Assembly: GCA_903836945.1 (NCBI GenBank)
Contig: CAILSO010000003.1
Location: forward strand, 3,527-67,526
Direction of reading: 5' to 3'
Source: an uncultured Actinomycetes bacterium
Lineage (GTDB): Bacteria > Actinomycetota > Actinomycetes > Nanopelagicales > Nanopelagicaceae
Length of the DNA stretch: 64,000 bases
Below the pieces are notes generated by a model that made no database searches, was not told the DNA's origin, and saw only the letters and a list, made by a program, of their open reading frames with translations. Positions 21,199 through 30,158 of this stretch are shown in pieces (position 1 is the stretch's first letter; every line of letters begins with the position of its first letter). Both the position numbers and the translations under genes were made by a program.

Positions 21199-22292
21199 TA
21201 GTTATCGACCTTCGTGACACTTCCAGATTTAACTTGATATCTAGTTCCATTTAATTCTTTTGGTAGATCATTTTCCACCGCAACTGTTATTAGCGTCTGT
21301 TCAGCGCTCTTGGCCAAATTAATTAAATGGATTCTTCGTTCTTCATCTAATTCCGAAAAAACATCATCCAGAATAAGAATCGGCTTTAACCCATCCTCTT
21401 CTAATAATTTGTAAGTCGCCAATTTTAAACTTAACGCGATCGACCAAGATTCTCCGTGGCTGGCGTAACCTTTAACTAAATGATTGCCTAAATTTAATAA
21501 CAAGTCATCGCGGTGGGGTCCGGTAAGAGTTAAACCTCTTTCGATTTCCGCGCTCCTTGTCTCTTTCATGCGCGCGAGTATCTTCTCGGTATTGCTCTTT
21601 GGATCAAGGGAGGGATCATCGATACTTGATTTGTATTTGATAAAGGCTGGCTTCTCAGATGAGATATCTGAATAAATGTTTTGAAATATTGGTTCAAAGT
21701 TACTTAAGGCCAATAAACGCGCTGCAATTATTTCACCGCCAAAATTTGCAACCTGCTCATCCCACGCAGCCAATGAATCTGTACTAGCCCGTGATTTTAA
21801 AAGTGAGTTTCGCTGTCTTACCGCGCGCTCATAGTCAGAGATGACGCCAGCCATTCGCGGGGATCTAAGAATTAAAAGTTGGTCGATAAATTTGCGCCGT
21901 TCAGAAGGGTCTCCGCGTACTAGATCTAGATCTTCTGGAGAAAAATAGATCGCTTGAACAATGCCAAACAATTCTTTCTGGCTGCGTACTGGATTTTGAT
22001 TTATCCGAGCCCGGTTAGCTTTCTCGGCGTTGATCTCTAACTCAACCAACACTTCACGATCTGGCAATTGTGTCTTTGCTCGGACATAAGCCGAGTTATT
22101 CCCCAGTTGTACTAACGGGGCATCGCCGGAAACCCGGTGTGAATTTAAGAAAGATAGATACAGGATGGCTTCGATGATGTTGGTCTTACCCTCGCCATTG
22201 CGCCCAATAAAAATGTTGATTCCTGGGTTTAGGGCAAGCTCTAAACTTTTATAAGATCTAAATGTTGAGAGCGATAAGTGAGAGATGAACAC
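21198..22292 (-). CDS. recF: DNA replication/repair protein RecF
   Basis: 364 aa with Walker A GRNGEGKTN, an SMC-like signature region and Walker B ILILDDVFSELD. Confidence 0.95.
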   Translation of the reverse strand: MFISHLSLSTFRSYKSLELALNPGINIFIGRNGEGKTNIIEAILYLSFLNSHRVSGDAPLVQLGNNSAYVRAKTQLPDREVLVELEINAEKANRARINQNPVRSQKELFGIVQAIYFSPEDLDLVRGDPSERRKFIDQLLILRSPRMAGVISDYERAVRQRNSLLKSRASTDSLAAWDEQVANFGGEIIAARLLALSNFEPIFQNIYSDISSEKPAFIKYKSSIDDPSLDPKSNTEKILARMKETRSAEIERGLTLTGPHRDDLLLNLGNHLVKGYASHGESWSIALSLKLATYKLLEEDGLKPILILDDVFSELDEERRIHLINLAKSAEQTLITVAVENDLPKELNGTRYQVKSGSVTKVDN

Positions 22293-22304
22293 TTTTGATA
22301 ATTA

Positions 22305-23432
22305 TTAAGAGGTGTATCGCATTGGCATTAGTAAATACTTATAACTCGTGTTTACCGCGCCATCAGCTTCCGACTTTCCAGATAAGACCGCTGGCTTTTT
22401 ATCGCCAGTAAATGCAATGTGAACAAATTGGGAGTTGATCGCTTGGAGACCATCGGTTAGGAAAGTTGGGTTGAAGGCGATATTGATCTCTTCACCTGTG
22501 TAACTAATATCCAAATTTTCGGTTGCTTGTGCGTCATCGCCGGCGCCAGCTTCTAGGCGCAAATTATCTTTTGAAAAGGATAAGCGAAGTGGAACAGTCT
22601 TATCTGTTACTAACGCTACGCGGCGCACTGAATCCATTAAGGGAGCAACTTCAATTACAGCCTCTGCTGTTGATTCTGAAGGTAGGAGGTGTCTAAATGG
22701 CGGGAAGGTTCCGTCTAGTGTTCTAGACGTCATGGTCTTTTGTTCTGAAACAAAACCGACCAACTTCTCATTTGTATTTGCCGCGGATAGCGCGAAGGTT
22801 AATTTATTGCTTCCAACTAATGATTTAGCGGCATCAGAAAGTGTGCGTGCTCTAATCAGTGTTGTTGTTTCTAAATTAGCATCTTTTGGTTGCCAAGTAA
22901 TTTCTTTTACAGCCAAGCGATAGCGATCGGTTGCTGCGAGAGTGATTGTGTTTTTATTAATTTCAATATGAACGCCAGTAAGAGTTGGGAGGGAATCATC
23001 TTTGCCGGCGGCAATTGCTACCTGTCCTACTGATGTTGCAAAGGTATCGCTATCAATCTCTCCAGCTGATTCTGGAAGAGTTGGAAGTTGTGGGTATTCA
23101 TTTACTGGAAGAGTTGGGAGAGTAAATTTTGCGCTTCCGGCAGTTACTAAAACCCTTGAACCATCTAACACAAAGGAGATGGGCTTGGCTGGAAGGGATC
23201 TAGCAATTTCAGCTAACAATCTTCCAGGAACTAAAACAATTCCCTTTTCTGAAATATCGGCGCTGATGACAGCTTTTGTTGAAGTTTCTAAATCTGATCC
23301 AGTTAGTGTTATTTGATCTGCGACTTCTAATTTAATTCCAAGAAGGGCTGTTTGAATCGGTCTAGATGAAAGGCTGCGGGCAACCCAATTAACAGCATCG
23401 ATTAGTGGTTCTCTATCGACAATAAACTTCAT
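22305..23432 (-). CDS. dnaN: DNA polymerase III beta sliding clamp
   Basis: 375 aa three-domain clamp with the typical N-terminus MKF.V.R..L and C-terminal YLLMPMR motif. It lies between dnaA and recF. Confidence 0.96.
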   Translation of the reverse strand: MKFIVDREPLIDAVNWVARSLSSRPIQTALLGIKLEVADQITLTGSDLETSTKAVISADISEKGIVLVPGRLLAEIARSLPAKPISFVLDGSRVLVTAGSAKFTLPTLPVNEYPQLPTLPESAGEIDSDTFATSVGQVAIAAGKDDSLPTLTGVHIEINKNTITLAATDRYRLAVKEITWQPKDANLETTTLIRARTLSDAAKSLVGSNKLTFALSAANTNEKLVGFVSEQKTMTSRTLDGTFPPFRHLLPSESTAEAVIEVAPLMDSVRRVALVTDKTVPLRLSFSKDNLRLEAGAGDDAQATENLDISYTGEEINIAFNPTFLTDGLQAINSQFVHIAFTGDKKPAVLSGKSEADGAVNTSYKYLLMPMRYTS

Positions 23433-23733
23433 ATCTCTATCTTCCCCTCATTAGGCCAGATTAAGAAACCCACACAGGTTCACTAATCCCCAACCATTAT
23501 CTTTATATATAAGTATTCGTAGTAACTAGCCTGGATTTGTGTGGAAAACCAGTAAAAGTGCTGGTCATAAGCGAGGATTTATGTAAATGGGGGCTGTGGG
23601 TAGCCTTGGGATAACCCAAATTAACTTTTACGAAAGCCACCTTAACCACACCCCATCCAAAACAATCCACAGTTATCCACAAGTTACCCCCAGGGTGGGG
23701 GCAACCTTTTACACAATTTTTAAGCTTTAAAAA
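23433..23733. other. Candidate oriC (dnaA-dnaN spacer)
   Basis: 301 bp of non-coding sequence. DnaA-box-like 9-mers are TTAACCACA 23642-23650, CAATCCACA 23663-23671, TTATCCACA 23673-23681, and TTTTCCACA on the other strand at 23540-23548. An AT-rich stretch spans 23496-23530 (CATTATCTTTATATATAAGTATTCGTAGTAACTAGC). Confidence 0.65.
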
Positions 23734-25143
23734 TCAGGCGCTCTTAGCCTGAAGCTTGATCCGGTTGGTCAATTCAGTGACCTGGTTATAGATCGAACGG
23801 CGTTCGGCCATGAGCTGACGGATTTTCCGGTCGGCATGCATAACGGTCGTATGGTCACGGCCCCCAAAAGTCTGGCCGATCTTTGGAAGTGAAAGTTCGG
23901 TCAATTCGCGGCAGAGATACATCGCAATCTGCCGGGCGTTAACTAGAACTCGAGAACGTGATGTTCCACAGAGATCATCCACTGTTAATGAGAAGTAGGT
24001 AGCGGTCTGAGCCATGATGGTTGCGGCGGTAATTTCTGGGCCTCCAACATCTGGAATTAAATCCTTGAGAACAATCTCAGCTAAACCTAAATCAACACCT
24101 TGGCGATTTAGTGATGCGAAAGCAGTAACGCGAATTAACGCCCCTTCTAATTCCCGGATGTTGGAAGAAATTTTGCTGGCAATGTATTCAAGAACATCAT
24201 CAGGTGCATTCAACTTATCTTGCGCCGCCTTCTTTCGAAGAATAGCAATACGAGTCTCCAATTCTGGTGGCTGAATATCGGTAATCAGACCCCACTCAAA
24301 TCGAGAACGCAAGCGATCTTCTAGAGTTGTTAATTGCTTTGGTGGGCGGTCACTTGAAATAACAATCTGCTTATTGGCGTTGTATAAAGTATTGAAGGTA
24401 TGGAAGAACTCTTCCTGGGTTCGTTCTTTATTTTCTAAGAACTGAATATCGTCAACTAACAAGACATCTAGATCACGATATCTACGCTGAAAAACCGAGG
24501 CTTTATCGTCACGAATCGAGTTAATGAAATCGTTTGTGAATTCTTCAGATGATACATAGCGAACTCGAACCCCACCATAAAGCTCTTTGGCATAGGCACC
24601 AATCGCATGAAGTAAGTGAGTTTTTCCAAGTCCCGATTCACCATAAATAAATAGCGGGTTGTAGGCCTTTGCTGGGGCTTCAGCTACAGCTACAGCTGCC
24701 GCATGCGCGAATCGATTTGAGGCACCAATGACAAAAGTTTCAAAGATATAGCGCGGATTTAATTGGGATGGCTCGCTTGAGGCATTTTCATTTCCCTGTC
24801 TACCAGTTCCGCTCTTAGGTTGTGTTTCAACAATCTGTTCTACAATCGGCTCGTCGATTAATTCTTCCGCCGAGGTTTCAGTAACAGTTACGGCGATACT
24901 GATCTTCTGATCAAATTTCGTTGATAGCGCTTCGTTTAAAACGGCGCGAAGTCGACTCTCTAAAACATCCTTCGCAAATTCATTCGGGGCAGAAAGTAAG
25001 AGGTTGGAACCGGATTCATTTTGAATCAGACCTAGAGGCTTGGTCAGTGCGAGGAAGGCTCGGTGCTGGGGCGATTCGACCGCGACCTCATCGATGACGC
25101 TTGACCAAAGGCTGGTCAGATCTGCGACCTCTAGAAGTGCCAT
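23734..25143 (-). CDS. dnaA: Chromosomal replication initiator DnaA
   Basis: 469 aa with AAA+ Walker [12 protein letters not shown], Walker B LLVDDIQF, and the domain IV DNA-binding signature [11 protein letters not shown]. Confidence 0.98.
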   Translation of the reverse strand: MALLEVADLTSLWSSVIDEVAVESPQHRAFLALTKPLGLIQNESGSNLLLSAPNEFAKDVLESRLRAVLNEALSTKFDQKISIAVTVTETSAEELIDEPIVEQIVETQPKSGTGRQGNENASSEPSQLNPRYIFETFVIGASNRFAHAAAVAVAEAPAKAYNPLFIYGESGLGKTHLLHAIGAYAKELYGGVRVRYVSSEEFTNDFINSIRDDKASVFQRRYRDLDVLLVDDIQFLENKERTQEEFFHTFNTLYNANKQIVISSDRPPKQLTTLEDRLRSRFEWGLITDIQPPELETRIAILRKKAAQDKLNAPDDVLEYIASKISSNIRELEGALIRVTAFASLNRQGVDLGLAEIVLKDLIPDVGGPEITAATIMAQTATYFSLTVDDLCGTSRSRVLVNARQIAMYLCRELTELSLPKIGQTFGGRDHTTVMHADRKIRQLMAERRSIYNQVTELTNRIKLQAKSA

Positions 25144-25152
25144 GTAATCCCC

Positions 25153-25286
25153 TTATCCACAAAGTTATCCACAGCCTGTGGTCTAAACCAATCCTTGAGC
25201 CTTTTCAGGGCCAAAAAACAGGGCTGATCTGTGGATAGAGGGCGAAAGTAGGGGTATCTGAGAGAAAAAGCAAGTGGTTATCCACA
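25153..25286. promoter_or_regulatory. DnaA-box cluster in the dnaA-rpmH divergent spacer
   Basis: Perfect TTATCCACA at 25153-25161, 25165-25173 and 25278-25286. CTATCCACA lies on the opposite strand at 25230-25238. Confidence 0.75.
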
Positions 25287-25442
25287 AAATTGCCCCTCCT
25301 GTAGGAGCCCGGTGGAAAGTGAGTTTGACCCTTATCAACAGGTGGCCGTACCGTTAGCCCCTGATCCAAGCTGTGGCCCCGCAAGGGGGAAATGCCAAAG
25401 TTTTCAACCGCTTTTTAACTAGAGGATTTATAGGAGTTTGAA

Positions 25443-25580
25443 ATGACCAAGCGCACCTTCCAACCTAATAATCGTAAGCGCGCCAAGAAGCATGGCTTTC
25501 GCGCACGCATGGCAACACGTGGCGGTCGCGCAGTTCTGGCTTCACGCCGCTCCAAGGGTCGCGCACGCATCTCTGCTTAA
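25443..25580 (+). CDS. rpmH: 50S ribosomal protein L34
   Basis: The gene is below the ORF-track size cutoff. My translation is [45 protein letters not shown] (45 aa). It is divergent from dnaA and followed by rnpA. Confidence 0.97.
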   Translation: MTKRTFQPNNRKRAKKHGFRARMATRGGRAVLASRRSKGRARISA

Positions 25581-25592
25581 TTAAGCCAACTC

Positions 25593-25934
25593 GTGCTTCC
25601 AGCAAAGAACAGACTGCGCACAAGTAAAGAATTCGCTCAAACTACAAAGACTGGTTTACGAGCAACTTCAAATTCACTTGTCCTCTATCTTCAAACCTCA
25701 AACGAACTAACCGAGCCTAAAATCGGCCTGATCGTAAATAAGTCGGTCGGCGGATCGGTTGTGCGCCACCGGGTCTCACGTCAACTTCGCCACCTAATCT
25801 CCGAGCAACTTAGCGCCCTTCCAAGAAATAGTTATCTAGTTATTCGTGTGCTTCGGATGCAGAGCGACTACAAGAGTGAACTTACAAAATTAGTTGAAAA
25901 ATTAAGCACGGGCCAATTGGCGGCTTCTAAATGA
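25593..25934 (+). CDS. rnpA: Ribonuclease P protein component
   Basis: 113-aa basic protein with a GTG start. It has the RNR-like motif region ([18 protein letters not shown]) and the conserved position after rpmH. Confidence 0.88.
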   Translation: MLPAKNRLRTSKEFAQTTKTGLRATSNSLVLYLQTSNELTEPKIGLIVNKSVGGSVVRHRVSRQLRHLISEQLSALPRNSYLVIRVLRMQSDYKSELTKLVEKLSTGQLAASK

Positions 25935-26209
25935 AGAAGTTAATTACTGCGCCGATTAAGTTTTATCAAAAATGGATCTCTCCTAGTTTTGCACCAAAGT
26001 GCAAGTACTACCCAAGCTGTTCGCAATATGCAGTAGATGCAATATCTGAATATGGATTTAAGGGAATTGCCCTTTCCATCTGGCGCCTAGTTCGTTGTAA
26101 TCCGTGGTCACATGGCGGCGTTGATTATGTGAAGCCTAGATCCGACCTAAAAACCCAATTTAATGAAAGCCATAAGAACCATAAGAACCTAGCGGGAGTA
26201 ACTAAATGA
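25931..26209 (+). CDS. yidD: Membrane protein insertion efficiency factor YidD
   Basis: 92 aa with Y.K.ISP.....C.Y.PSCSQYA and the GG.D.V motif. It overlaps rnpA and yidC by 4 nt each. Confidence 0.9.
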   Translation: MKKLITAPIKFYQKWISPSFAPKCKYYPSCSQYAVDAISEYGFKGIALSIWRLVRCNPWSHGGVDYVKPRSDLKTQFNESHKNHKNLAGVTK

Positions 26210-27153
26210 GCACGATCCTAAACCCCTTGTATTACGCCGTTTCTTGGGTGATCGTTACCTTTCACTCAATTCTCGGTTTTCTAGTTGGCAAGAACTCACA
26301 CGAGAGTTTTAAGTGGTCGGCCTCTATCATTGGGCTCGTTGTTTTAATTCGAATCATTTTGATTCCACTCTTTGTAAAGCAGATCAAGAGCCAGCGAGCT
26401 TTAACTGCGCTACAACCAAAGATGAAAGAGATTCAAAAGCGCTACAAGGATGATCGCCAGAAGCAATCAGAAGAAATGATGAAGCTTTATCGCGAACATA
26501 AAACAAACCCACTTGCCTCTTGTTTCCCAATCCTTGCGCAAGCACCAATCTTCTTCGCACTATTTACGGTACTTAACGGAATTGCAAAGAATCATCCGCA
26601 TGGACTTCTTAAGGGCGCACATTTGATTTCAGCCCAACAAGCTAAGTTCTTTGGCGCTAATCTTTCAAGCTCTTTCTTAAGTACTCACACTGATACCCAG
26701 ACAAAGATCGTTACCGTTCTATTGATTTTATTTATGTCAGCAACCACATTTACAACCCAACGCCAGTTAATGGTTAAGGGAATGCCAAAGATGGATGCAT
26801 CAAATAACATGATGCTGCAACAACAGAAAATCATGTTGTATGTATTTCCAGTTATCTTTGCGGTTTCCGGAGTTAACTTCCCTGTTGGTGTTTTGATTTA
26901 TTGGTCAACGACAAATCTCTGGACACTCGGCCAACAGTTTTATGTAATTAAAAGAAATCCAACACCGGGCTCACCGGCATATGAAGAGTTACAAGCAAAG
27001 CGCGCGGCAAAGGGTTTAACAAATCCGCCAGCAGCTAGTGCGGGTTCAACTGAAATTTCTGATTCGGCTAATAACGGGGCGAATAAGGAAAGTGGCGAGA
27101 ACGGCTCTGCGACCCGGCAGAGACAACAGCCAAAAAAGAAGAAGAAAAAGTAG
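26206..27153 (+). CDS. yidC: Membrane protein insertase YidC
   Basis: 315 aa with a 60-kDa-IMP core ([32 protein letters not shown]) and a Lys-rich C-terminal tail. Confidence 0.92.
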   Translation: MSTILNPLYYAVSWVIVTFHSILGFLVGKNSHESFKWSASIIGLVVLIRIILIPLFVKQIKSQRALTALQPKMKEIQKRYKDDRQKQSEEMMKLYREHKTNPLASCFPILAQAPIFFALFTVLNGIAKNHPHGLLKGAHLISAQQAKFFGANLSSSFLSTHTDTQTKIVTVLLILFMSATTFTTQRQLMVKGMPKMDASNNMMLQQQKIMLYVFPVIFAVSGVNFPVGVLIYWSTTNLWTLGQQFYVIKRNPTPGSPAYEELQAKRAAKGLTNPPAASAGSTEISDSANNGANKESGENGSATRQRQQPKKKKKK

Positions 27154-27223
27154 CTTTTAAATAAGGACAAAAACGCATAATCGGTACAAAAAGTATTAAT
27201 CACCTAAAAATATGAACTGAGGA

Positions 27224-27727
27224 GTGAAAATGAGCGAAGTAAGCGAGAAGGTTGTCGAGAAGAAGTCCCTAGTTGCCCGTCTTGAAGAAGAGGGAGATGT
27301 CGCAGCTGATTACCTTGAGGCGCTTTTAGATATCGCAGATCTAGATGGAGATATTGATATCGATGTTGAAAATGATCGCGCATCACTAGCTATCGCTGGC
27401 GGAAAGCTAGGTCACCTAGTAGGAGAACGCGGAGAGGTACTTGACGCACTCCAAGAGCTGACTCGCTTAGCAGTACAGACCTCCCTAGGAGAACGTTCAC
27501 GCTTGATGCTTGATATTGATAACTTCCGTAGTGATAAGAAAGAGGAGCTAACCAAGCTGGCCCACGAAGTGGCGCAAGAAGTTAAATCTTCCGGCGAATC
27601 GGTGAAGCTCCGTCCAATGAATGCCTTCGAACGTAAGGTCATCCATGACACGATCCAAGAGATCGGCCTAACCAGTGAGTCCGAGGGCGAAGACCCAAAT
27701 CGCTGCGTAGTTGTTCTTCCTGAATAA
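27224..27727 (+). CDS. jag: Jag/KhpB-type RNA-binding protein (KH + R3H)
   Basis: 167 aa with a C-terminal R3H context (LRPMNAFERKVIHDTIQE) and the conserved position after yidC. Confidence 0.85.
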   Translation: MKMSEVSEKVVEKKSLVARLEEEGDVAADYLEALLDIADLDGDIDIDVENDRASLAIAGGKLGHLVGERGEVLDALQELTRLAVQTSLGERSRLMLDIDNFRSDKKEELTKLAHEVAQEVKSSGESVKLRPMNAFERKVIHDTIQEIGLTSESEGEDPNRCVVVLPE

Positions 27728-27738
27728 CTAGCCCCTCC

Positions 27739-28359
27739 ATGAGCGTTTCACGTGAAACTCTTCTCGCTACCTATTTTGGGCAGCGCAAGGATGAGATTTC
27801 ACGTTATGCCGAAATCCTAGGTAGCTGGGGTATCGAGCGTGGGCTAATCGGGCCAAAAGAGGGCGAGCGCATCTGGGATCGCCACATCGCTAATTGCATT
27901 CCAGTGACCACTCTGATTGCCGAAGGTGCCTCAGTTATAGATATTGGTTCTGGGGCGGGTCTTCCGGGCATAGTTATCGCCTTGGCCAGACCTGATTTGA
28001 AGGTCACCTTGTTAGAACCCCTCCAACGCCGGGTAGATTTCCTTGAAGAGGTTAAGGTCGAACTTGGGCTGGAATTAACCATCAGACGAGGGCGAGCAGA
28101 TTCATTTAAGGGCTCCTTTCAGGTAGTTACCGCCAGAGCAGTTGCCCCACTTCCTAAATTGGCGACGATCTCTTGGCATCTAGTGGCTCCAGGAGGTTCC
28201 CTTCTGGCCATGAAGGGGGAGTCAGCTGCGGCTGAGCTTGAGTTGGCAAAGGCCGAATCACCAAAAATCTTCAAAAAGGTAGCAAAATCGCAGGTTCATG
28301 AGATCACCTTGGGCGAGCTTGAGCTAGCGCGGGTAGTTGAACTCCAAAAGGCTGGTTAG
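27739..28359 (+). CDS. rsmG: 16S rRNA (guanine527-N7)-methyltransferase
   Basis: 206 aa with the SAM motif DIGSGAGLPG. It sits between jag and parA. Confidence 0.92.
   Translation: MSVSRETLLATYFGQRKDEISRYAEILGSWGIERGLIGPKEGERIWDRHIANCIPVTTLIAEGASVIDIGSGAGLPGIVIALARPDLKVTLLEPLQRRVDFLEEVKVELGLELTIRRGRADSFKGSFQVVTARAVAPLPKLATISWHLVAPGGSLLAMKGESAAAELELAKAESPKIFKKVAKSQVHEITLGELELARVVELQKAG
27744..27759. promoter_or_regulatory. parS site (CGTTTCACGTGAAACT)
   Basis: The 14-bp palindromic core GTTTCACGTGAAAC matches the universal parS consensus TGTTTCACGTGAAACA. The site lies in codons 2-7 of rsmG. Confidence 0.85.
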
Positions 28360-28368
28360 ATACTCCAC

Positions 28369-29292
28369 GTGGATGATTCACGTGAAACAATTTCTGGGCA
28401 AATGACCGAGAAGAAGGTTATTGGCATTCGCCGCCTTAAAGAGCCGATGCCTACTCCGCTTAAGACCAGAGTCTTCACCGTAGCTAATCAAAAGGGTGGG
28501 GTTGGAAAAACCACCACCGCTGTAAATATTGCAGCAGCCCTTGCTATGGGCGGCCTAAAGGTTTTAGTTATAGATCTAGATCCACAAGGCAATGCCTGTA
28601 CCGCTCTGGGAATTGATCGCAATGAACTTCCCGGCATGTACGAGGTACTTGTAAATGACCTCCCATTTTCAGAGGTAGTAACAAAGGTCTCCGGATTCCC
28701 GCACTTGGAGTGCGCACCGGCCGATATCTCCTTAGCCGGGGCAGAGATAAATATGGTCTCATTCGTCTCCCGCGAAGGAAGGTTGAAATTAGCTTTAGAT
28801 AAATTTTTAGCCCAACGCGAAGCAAGTGGCGCTCGCATCGATTACGTTTTAATTGATTGCCCACCAAGCTTAGGACTCTTAACAGTTAATGCACTTACTG
28901 CAGCGCAAGAAGTCTTAGTACCAATTCAATGCGAGTACTACTCACTTGAAGGTTTAACACTTTTACTGCAAACACTTACACAAGTACAGAAGATGTTAAA
29001 TCAAACAGTTCATATCTCAACAATTGTTTTAACAATGTTTGATTCTAGAACTCGACTTGCAAATGATGTTGCAAATAGCGTCCGTCAACATTTCCCAAAT
29101 GAGTTAATTGATATTCCAATTCCGCGTGCAGTACGAGTCTCTGAGGCACCATCTTTTAATCAAACAGTAATGACTTACGATGCGGCATCGCCTGGCGCAG
29201 TTGCATATATGGGAGTTGCTCGTGAGATTGCTTTAAGAGGTTCAAGAGAGCCGGGGAATAACAACTTAAACAACGGAGCAAATAGCGCATGA
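28369..29292 (+). CDS. parA: Chromosome partitioning ATPase ParA/Soj
   Basis: 307 aa with the deviant Walker A NQKGGVGKTTT. It has a GTG start; an internal ATG at 28402 is an alternative. Confidence 0.93.
   Translation: MDDSRETISGQMTEKKVIGIRRLKEPMPTPLKTRVFTVANQKGGVGKTTTAVNIAAALAMGGLKVLVIDLDPQGNACTALGIDRNELPGMYEVLVNDLPFSEVVTKVSGFPHLECAPADISLAGAEINMVSFVSREGRLKLALDKFLAQREASGARIDYVLIDCPPSLGLLTVNALTAAQEVLVPIQCEYYSLEGLTLLLQTLTQVQKMLNQTVHISTIVLTMFDSRTRLANDVANSVRQHFPNELIDIPIPRAVRVSEAPSFNQTVMTYDAASPGAVAYMGVAREIALRGSREPGNNNLNNGANSA
28374..28389. promoter_or_regulatory. parS site (TGATTCACGTGAAACA)
   Basis: The site matches the parS consensus at 15 of 16 positions. It lies in the first codons of parA. 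Confidence 0.85.
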
Positions 29293-30158
29293 GTACTCGC
29301 AAAGGTGGACTTGGTAAAGGTTTAGATTCACTTATCCCAACCGCGATTGTTAATAATGCAGGTGTAACCGTTGCAGATCGCAATGAAGTTGATATTAATT
29401 CCATAGAACCAAATCCAAAACAACCACGTACTATTTTTGATACCGATGCTTTAAATGAATTATCAGCATCGATTAAAGAAGTTGGTTTGCTACAGCCACC
29501 AGTTGTTCGTGCAATGGGTAATGGCAAATATGAATTGATTATGGGTGAACGTCGATTGCGCGCATCGAAGTTGGCCGGCTTAAAAACAATTCCAGTAATA
29601 ATTCGTGCCACACCGGATAGCGAATTACTTCGCGAAGCGCTTCTTGAAAATATTCAGCGTTCGCAATTAAATCCACTAGAAGAGGGCGCTGCCTATCAAA
29701 ATCTATTAAATGATTTTGGCTATACCCATGATGAGTTGGCGGCAAAGATTGGTAAATCAAGACCGGCCATCACCAATACTCTTCGACTTTTAAATCTTCC
29801 AGCAGGTGTACAACGTCGTGTTGCAGCCGGAGTTTTATCGGCAGGACATGCCAGAGCTTTACTAACTCTGGTAGATGAGAAAGAGATTGAGAAGTTAGCT
29901 AATCGAATCGTTGCTGAGGGTTTAAGTGTTCGTGCAACTGAAGAGATCGTTGCTACCTCAACTCAAAATACAAAGAGCGAAAAACCAAAGCAGATTAAGG
30001 CTATTTCGCCCGAGCTTAAAGAATTGGCGGATACGCTTTCAGATAAGTTGGATACGCGGGTAACAATTGAGTTGGGCCAACAAAAGGGCAAAATAACAAT
30101 TGAAATCGCTGACTTTTCAGATGCCAAGCGAGTGGCAGCTGCGATTAATAAGGGTTAA
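29289..30158 (+). CDS. parB: Chromosome partitioning protein ParB/Spo0J
   Basis: 289 aa with the ParB box GERRLRAS (CTP-binding arginine patch) and an HTH region (YTHDELAAKIGKSRPAITNTLRLL). Confidence 0.95.
   Translation: MSTRKGGLGKGLDSLIPTAIVNNAGVTVADRNEVDINSIEPNPKQPRTIFDTDALNELSASIKEVGLLQPPVVRAMGNGKYELIMGERRLRASKLAGLKTIPVIIRATPDSELLREALLENIQRSQLNPLEEGAAYQNLLNDFGYTHDELAAKIGKSRPAITNTLRLLNLPAGVQRRVAAGVLSAGHARALLTLVDEKEIEKLANRIVAEGLSVRATEEIVATSTQNTKSEKPKQIKAISPELKELADTLSDKLDTRVTIELGQQKGKITIEIADFSDAKRVAAAINKG

Noticed and set aside
23496-23530. DnaA-trio repeats next to the inverted DnaA box in the dnaA-dnaN spacer
   Set aside because: Only two consecutive in-phase TAG/TAA triplets are present (23520-23525). 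That is too few to call a DnaA-trio element.
27121-27153. A-rich run (AAAAAAGAAGAAGAAAAAG) at the end of yidC as a slippery or low-complexity element
   Set aside because: It simply encodes the Lys-rich C-terminal tail (PKKKKKK) that is common in YidC proteins. No alternative frame continues past it.
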